Below, in pieces: positions 34,704 to 39,603 of a stretch of 39,603 bases of DNA. Both the position numbers and the translations under genes were made by a program. Positions within the stretch are counted from its first letter, which is position 1, and every line of letters begins with the position of its first letter. The DNA is from Bacteroidota bacterium. Its GTDB lineage: Bacteria; Bacteroidota; Ignavibacteria; Kryptoniales; JAKASW01. The stretch is taken from NCBI GenBank assembly GCA_021789755.1, contig JAJYJD010000002.1, positions 1-39,603 on the forward strand. The letters run 5' to 3'. A model generated the notes under the pieces. The model worked only from the letters and a program-made list of their open reading frames with translations. It was not told the DNA's origin and searched no databases.

Positions 34704-37700
34704 TTAGAATTGATAGCCTACACTGAATGTCAGCCTTCTCGGCAATATCGGTCGTGCAAGGAAGTAATTCCCGACCGCGCTCGCTCTCGGATTTCCCTCT
34801 TCGAGACCCTGGCTCTGGTAGAGGTTCGTAACGCCGAGTGCAAGAGTTATGGCCTCTGAAGGTATGTAGTAGGATAGGCCGGCGTTCATATAATTGTAAG
34901 CCGGAAGTGCCGTCCCGACGACGAAGACAGCCTTCCCGCCGCTCGTGTAGCCGCCGAAATTCAGTCCGCCTATGCGGTTGCCGACATAATGCAAGTCTGC
35001 CTCAAGGGTCCAATTGTCGAGAGTGTACGTACCCATGAGGTCGCCGATTGAATTGGGGATTCCATTTAGTGCGAAACTGCCGCTGCTTGCATAAGTTGCT
35101 TTCAAGAGAGTCCAGTTTCCCCGCAGGTACAATCCTGTAACCGGAGCATAAGTCAGATCGGCCTCAATTCCATAAGCGTTTTGGTTGAGACCATAGTCGG
35201 TAACCCACACGACTCCTCCGCTCGGAGTATTGACCGCGCCCTGGCTGGTGATATTTGTCAGGTTAGCAAAGAAAGCATCGGCATTGAAGGCAAGTACATC
35301 GCTGTTGTATTTGAATCCGCCTTCATATTGAAGCGTTTGCTCATCCTGGAACAGAGCAACCTGCGCCGGCACGTCCTGCAAAAGGTTATCGAGTGATGGC
35401 ATTTCATAACCACGGCTGAAGTTCGCGTAAAAAGCAAATACTTGCGGCATGATCTCGTAATTGAGTCCAGCCGTAAATGCCCAATCACGAAGGTAGGAGC
35501 TCATGTGCCGGTAGCTGCCATTGCCGAAGGTTTCAATCGCGTACGGACCCAAGCCGCTATTAATTATGGAGGCAGAATCTGGTAGCAACGTACCATTAGG
35601 GCTGAAAGTGGAATTGTTCTCGGTAGTCTGAACAAATCCATCGCCCTCCCAGCGGGCTGCGAGATTGAGGCGCAGCCTGTCGGTGACCATCATCTGATCG
35701 CTCAAGACCCCGTCTAAAATGGACGCGTACCCATAGCCATTCACGTAGTATGACATGTCGTTGGTGAATCCGTTTTGTGTTACGTTAAGCGTTTTCGTGG
35801 TACCTGTTTTGGGATCGGTGTAAGTCACCGCCGCGTCGAGGAAATGAGTTATGTTCTGAACATCGGTGAGGACCGTCGGAAAGTACCAGTTGTTCCCCAT
35901 CGAATAGTTTGACCAGTAAAGTATTAAGCTGAGGTCATGGTGGTACAGGAAGTCTCCTCCAAAATCGAGAGACTTGTTGATCTGGAATTGCTCCTGAAAG
36001 GCTGACATGGGCTTTGCGACGTGCCACTCATTTCCGGGAGAGATCAGTCCGTTGAGGGGGCTGTATGCGCCGTTCGGGAACGAGACATGGGTGCCATTCG
36101 GATTGAGCAGATTGGTGTAAGTGAGATTCCAATTGACGCCTGATGCGTTCGCGGGAATAAAGCCCATTCCCTGCAATGTGCTTAGCTCGCCGGCTTCCCA
36201 GGCGCCGACCGGTTCTGCATTCCCTGGTATAATGGCATTCCATTCCTGCTGGTTGCTCATCACCTGCATTTGGTTCTTGACGTTCCAGCCGTCCGGGAAA
36301 TTGAGGTTGATCTCGCCCGTCAACCAGCCGGCGTTTGTGGATAGTCCGTTTCCAAGCGGAAGAGTCAAAGCGCCGTTCGGCGTCGGCACAGAAATGTTAA
36401 GACCTTCCGGTGAATTGAACGATCCATAGGTTCCGAAACCCGGCACAAACTGGGTCGGGTTGGCCGGATTGTCGTGCGGCAGATCGAGAATGAACTGGCT
36501 CTGGGAGTTGATGTATTTCCCATAGACTCTGATGTAGCCGTTGGGGAGCAGGCGGGTGATATTGGCCTGGAGCTCACCACCCTTGTTGCCGGGATATCCC
36601 GGATTCCTGACCCCATGGTCGTACAGGTAGAAGCCGCCGAGGTCGAACCGCCACTCCGGAGCAAGCGGTCCGTTGACATCGAAATCGACTTTGGCAAGGC
36701 CCTGCGTTCCGACCTGGAGTTGCGTTTGACCCGCCAGGGTGGGACCGCCGGTCTTGGAAATCAGGTTTATAACCGCAGCAGGTGTATTCGAACCAAACGT
36801 ACCTGCGCTGCCACCGCGTACTACCTCAACCCGCTGGATATTGTCATCAATCCTGAAAAGGTTGTCGGTGTTCATGAAGAAAATATTCTGAGTCGGGAAG
36901 CACGGAAGTCCGTTCTCCATGAAATTGATGAAGATTGTCGAGTAGATCCCGCGCATGGTGTAATTCTCGTTGACATAACCACCCGAGCTCTCTACCCTTG
37001 TGAAGCCTGGGATGTACTTCAGGAATTCGGTCGTGCTGAACGGTTGTGCCAGCGTGAGTTCCTTCGGGCTGACCGTGCTGATTGAGTTGGTTGCATTTAG
37101 TTTCTGGACCGGGATTGCAGTTCCGGTCACTACCACTTCGTGCATCCCCAGGAGATCGAGTGGAAGCGTGAAGTTCTGAGTCGTCGTCTCTCCTTCTGTC
37201 ACCGTGACTCTGATTAGCTGGCTCGAATAACCCACCGCACTGGTACGCAACTCGTGAGTACCCGCCGGTGCATTATTGATCACATAGTCACCATTTGCGT
37301 CCGCAGCCGCGCCAAGACTGGTGCCGACTACGAGTACGTTCGCGAATGCTACAGAATTACCGTTCTGGTCGACCACTCTTCCCTTTATGGTTCCTTGCCC
37401 GGACGGGTCAGCCTTCGTCTGCGTGATCACGACCTCGTTCTTCGCCATCGGAATCCATGTCAGATCCGTTCCGGCGAGAATTTCGTTCAGAGCATCCTCC
37501 ACGCTCGCGTTACTGACATTTAAGCTGACTTCCTCGTTCACGGGTACGATCTCTCTGCTGTAGGAGAAATGCAATCCCGTCTTTGACGAAATCTCGTCGA
37601 GTGCTCTTGCAAGAGAAACGTTTCTGAGATTGATAGAAATGGGGAGCTTAAGATAGTCGGGGTGAACCTCCCCTGCTGCTGAAGGCAGCGGTCTTCCCAT

Positions 37701-37817
37701 TCGGTTCATCGCAGAATAGGCGGTTGGGACGCTCGTGACCTGAGCGGCCGTCGCCGGCAGGTAAAGAAAGAGAGGCACAAGTGCGGTGCTTATAAGGAGC
37801 CTATGAAGTTTCCTCAT
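34704..37817 (-). CDS. TonB-dependent transducer: STN domain, carboxypeptidase-regulatory-like domain, plug and barrel
   Basis: Signal peptide. STN-like ISINLRNVSLARALDEISSKTGLHFSYS. CarboxypepD_reg-like GTIKGRVVDQNGNSVAFANVLVVGTSLGAAADANGDYVINNAPAGTHELRTSAVGYSS. 1037 aa with a C-terminal VGYQF. GAGGAGG SD. Confidence 0.85.
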   Translation of the reverse strand: MRKLHRLLISTALVPLFLYLPATAAQVTSVPTAYSAMNRMGRPLPSAAGEVHPDYLKLPISINLRNVSLARALDEISSKTGLHFSYSREIVPVNEEVSLNVSNASVEDALNEILAGTDLTWIPMAKNEVVITQTKADPSGQGTIKGRVVDQNGNSVAFANVLVVGTSLGAAADANGDYVINNAPAGTHELRTSAVGYSSQLIRVTVTEGETTTQNFTLPLDLLGMHEVVVTGTAIPVQKLNATNSISTVSPKELTLAQPFSTTEFLKYIPGFTRVESSGGYVNENYTMRGIYSTIFINFMENGLPCFPTQNIFFMNTDNLFRIDDNIQRVEVVRGGSAGTFGSNTPAAVINLISKTGGPTLAGQTQLQVGTQGLAKVDFDVNGPLAPEWRFDLGGFYLYDHGVRNPGYPGNKGGELQANITRLLPNGYIRVYGKYINSQSQFILDLPHDNPANPTQFVPGFGTYGSFNSPEGLNISVPTPNGALTLPLGNGLSTNAGWLTGEINLNFPDGWNVKNQMQVMSNQQEWNAIIPGNAEPVGAWEAGELSTLQGMGFIPANASGVNWNLTYTNLLNPNGTHVSFPNGAYSPLNGLISPGNEWHVAKPMSAFQEQFQINKSLDFGGDFLYHHDLSLILYWSNYSMGNNWYFPTVLTDVQNITHFLDAAVTYTDPKTGTTKTLNVTQNGFTNDMSYYVNGYGYASILDGVLSDQMMVTDRLRLNLAARWEGDGFVQTTENNSTFSPNGTLLPDSASIINSGLGPYAIETFGNGSYRHMSSYLRDWAFTAGLNYEIMPQVFAFYANFSRGYEMPSLDNLLQDVPAQVALFQDEQTLQYEGGFKYNSDVLAFNADAFFANLTNITSQGAVNTPSGGVVWVTDYGLNQNAYGIEADLTYAPVTGLYLRGNWTLLKATYASSGSFALNGIPNSIGDLMGTYTLDNWTLEADLHYVGNRIGGLNFGGYTSGGKAVFVVGTALPAYNYMNAGLSYYIPSEAITLALGVTNLYQSQGLEEGNPRASAVGNYFLARPILPRRLTFSVGYQF

Positions 37818-37832
37818 GGTTTTATCCTCCTC

Positions 37833-38933
37833 TTAATTGGTTTTATTCCGTCTTAAGAATGGTTTTCTCAAAACGAATTGGACTGAATCTCTCGATGACC
37901 TGTAATTCACGTTTAACGACAATGCGATTATCTTCAGGATTTCATCGGGGGTTTGTTCCCCGGTGAATGTCGCCGTTATCGTCCTGGAGAGAATTGAAGG
38001 ATCGGAAGCTGAACAGTGTAATCCGTATTTCCTTCGAAGTTGTTTGAATACGCCGGCGATGGGCTCATTGCGAAAGAGAAGAAAGCCCTTGAGCCACGCC
38101 AGGTTCTCACCGATGTCGGTGTAGGAAGGAGGTACGGCTATTTTCCCATCCATGACGACGGAGTATCTTCCGCGCGTCACCGTTGCGGACTGGCTGCCGG
38201 CCTGGCTCTTTGCAGAGAGAGTGACTTCGCCTTCGGCAACGGCTACACGGGTTCGGCGATCACCTGGCCACGACTCGACGTCGAACTTTGTACCCATATC
38301 CCTTATTACAGCGTCGTCCGTCTTTACAATCAAAGGCCTGCGGTCCGAATGAACGACCTCGAAGAATGCTTCGCCGGAAAGGAAGAATTCCCGTTTACCA
38401 TCGGGGACGTCCGCGTACCGCAGGCTGCTGGCTGAGTTGAGCAGAATTCTGGTTCCGTCTGCGAATGTCAGTGTTATCCGCTGACCGGGTCTGGTTGATA
38501 TTTGTTCGTAAGATACGACCGGCTTCTCTTCCGATGTCTTTCGCTCTTGCGCAAATTCCTTTAAGAGCGTGGCAAGATACACCGTTCCGACTACCAGCAG
38601 AATGACCGCTGCTGCACTTAATACGCGACTGATGGAGTGAATTACCGCTGCCTTCTTTCTGGGGACAATTTTGTACAGTCTCACTGTCCCGCCGCGGTTA
38701 TTGCGCAAGCCAGACTCGGCGGTCTTCAGTCTAAGTCTGAATGAAGTAATCGAACGCCCCGAGCGCCATTCTTCTGCTTTCTGTCCGGATAGTCCCCAGA
38801 TTTTTTTCAGAGTTTCGAACGAGTGCCTGTTTTCGGAGCTCGAGCCGATCCACTTCTCGACTCCAACTCTCTCCTCCTCCGTGCATTCGGAGGAGAGGTA
38901 TCTCGCCAACAGTTTTAGCCTGCGGTTAGTCAA
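37833..38933 (-). CDS. FecR-family anti-sigma factor
   Basis: N-terminal LLARYLSSECTEEERVGVEKWIGSSSENRHSFE, single TM VLSAAAVILLVVGTVYLATLL, a periplasmic FecR-like domain, and C-terminal ITATFTGEQTPDEILKIIALSLNVNY. TTG start, uncertain. Confidence 0.8.
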   Translation of the reverse strand: MTNRRLKLLARYLSSECTEEERVGVEKWIGSSSENRHSFETLKKIWGLSGQKAEEWRSGRSITSFRLRLKTAESGLRNNRGGTVRLYKIVPRKKAAVIHSISRVLSAAAVILLVVGTVYLATLLKEFAQERKTSEEKPVVSYEQISTRPGQRITLTFADGTRILLNSASSLRYADVPDGKREFFLSGEAFFEVVHSDRRPLIVKTDDAVIRDMGTKFDVESWPGDRRTRVAVAEGEVTLSAKSQAGSQSATVTRGRYSVVMDGKIAVPPSYTDIGENLAWLKGFLLFRNEPIAGVFKQLRRKYGLHCSASDPSILSRTITATFTGEQTPDEILKIIALSLNVNYRSSRDSVQFVLRKPFLRRNKTN

Positions 38934-39020
38934 TACAGGTCTGCTCTCCTTTTATGGAACCTGAAAAATGCGACTACTATAAATACAGTTGGAAAGTGAT
39001 TTACCCCTATGCGGACGCGA

Positions 39021-39603
39021 TTATTCGAGTATATGTGAGAGATCTTTCCTTAAAATTTTTAAGGCGTGGGATATTTGATTTTCCACGGTTTTTTGGGATA
39101 CGCCGAGGATATCCGCGATCTCGGTATACGAAAGCCCTTCCCATCTGTTAAGTGTGAAAACCAGCCTGCATTTCGGGGAGAGCCTGTCGATGGCTTTATT
39201 AACCGCGGCAACAGCGTCTTTCTCGTAAATTTTCTTGACCGGGTCTTCGTCGTCTAGTGAAGGCAACTCCTCATCGTCTTGTCCGGTATAGAATGCAGAA
39301 GCCCTCTTACTCTTGATGAAATTGATCGCCTGGTTTCGCGCGGCTTTAAAAAGGTATGTGTTTATTGCCCCCTTTGGATTCCACGAAGTCCTGTTAGTCC
39401 AGATCTTGACGAAAATCTCCTGGACAAGATCCTCAACATCGTCCCGGGAACGAGTGAGGCTCAAAGTGAACCGGCACAGTCCATCATAATAGCGGTCGAA
39501 TATCTCCTCGAGCGCCAACTGGTCGCCGGCTTTTACCCTCTTTACGAGATCCCTTTCCGTTGCGGGGGATGTCGCTAATGGTCCGTAAGCGTGTTGAAAT
39601 AGT
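39021..39603 (-). CDS. ECF-type RNA polymerase sigma-70 factor; 5' end probably beyond the window
   Basis: Region 2 (VEDLVQEIFVKIW, NTYLFKAARNQAINF) and region 4 (LSYTEIADILGVSQKTVENQISHALKIL). The frame stays open from 39518 to the window edge and encodes ...TERDLVKRVKAGDQLALEEIF, a typical ECF N-terminus. The ORF-track TTG 39518 is therefore probably not the real start. Confidence 0.8.
   Translation of the reverse strand, partial: LFQHAYGPLATSPATERDLVKRVKAGDQLALEEIFDRYYDGLCRFTLSLTRSRDDVEDLVQEIFVKIWTNRTSWNPKGAINTYLFKAARNQAINFIKSKRASAFYTGQDDEELPSLDDEDPVKKIYEKDAVAAVNKAIDRLSPKCRLVFTLNRWEGLSYTEIADILGVSQKTVENQISHALKILRKDLSHILE

Noticed and set aside
1-39603. CRISPR arrays, transposases, prophage or known defence-system genes
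   Set aside because: No regularly spaced direct repeats were seen, and no ORF has recognisable integrase, transposase, nuclease-helicase or Cas-like motifs.

Overview
A 39.6 kb chromosomal window, densely coded on both strands. It appears to come from an FCB-group (Bacteroidota/Ignavibacteriota-like) bacterium, but that call rests only on gene architectures. Left third, housekeeping: the 5' end of thrS, tRNA-Val(GAC), tRNA-Leu(UAA), a bifunctional RelA/SpoT homologue overlapping ruvX and mtgA, a small AlbA_2/Schlafen-like wHTH protein, a SpoU methyltransferase, thrB-der, and an ABC ATPase/membrane pair. Middle: the already-described pbpC (PBP1C) plus thioester alpha-2-macroglobulin pair, about 8 kb. 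Next comes a plus-strand beta-oxidation/phenylacetate-like block: two crotonases, an orphan PaaA-like di-iron protein, 3-hydroxyacyl-CoA dehydrogenase, thiolase and aldehyde dehydrogenase. An RluA pseudouridine synthase and an exported protein interrupt it. Right quarter: a co-directional minus-strand locus of ECF sigma, FecR anti-sigma, STN-domain TonB-dependent transducer, 228-aa lipoprotein, exported GH65 and exported GH37 trehalase. This is my best candidate for something undescribed: a SusD-less alpha-glucoside/trehalose utilisation locus under trans-envelope signalling. It is an inference, not a demonstrated novelty. Smaller observations: thrB seems to need a CTG start with a perfect Shine-Dalgarno; CGGATT/AATCCG hexamers are dense in two intergenic regions; an intrinsic terminator lies 19 nt before the thrS start; a perfect 12-bp hairpin lies inside the TonB locus. 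I saw no CRISPR array, integrase, transposase, toxin-antitoxin pair or recognisable defence gene. All calls come from reading motifs by eye; no database search was possible.
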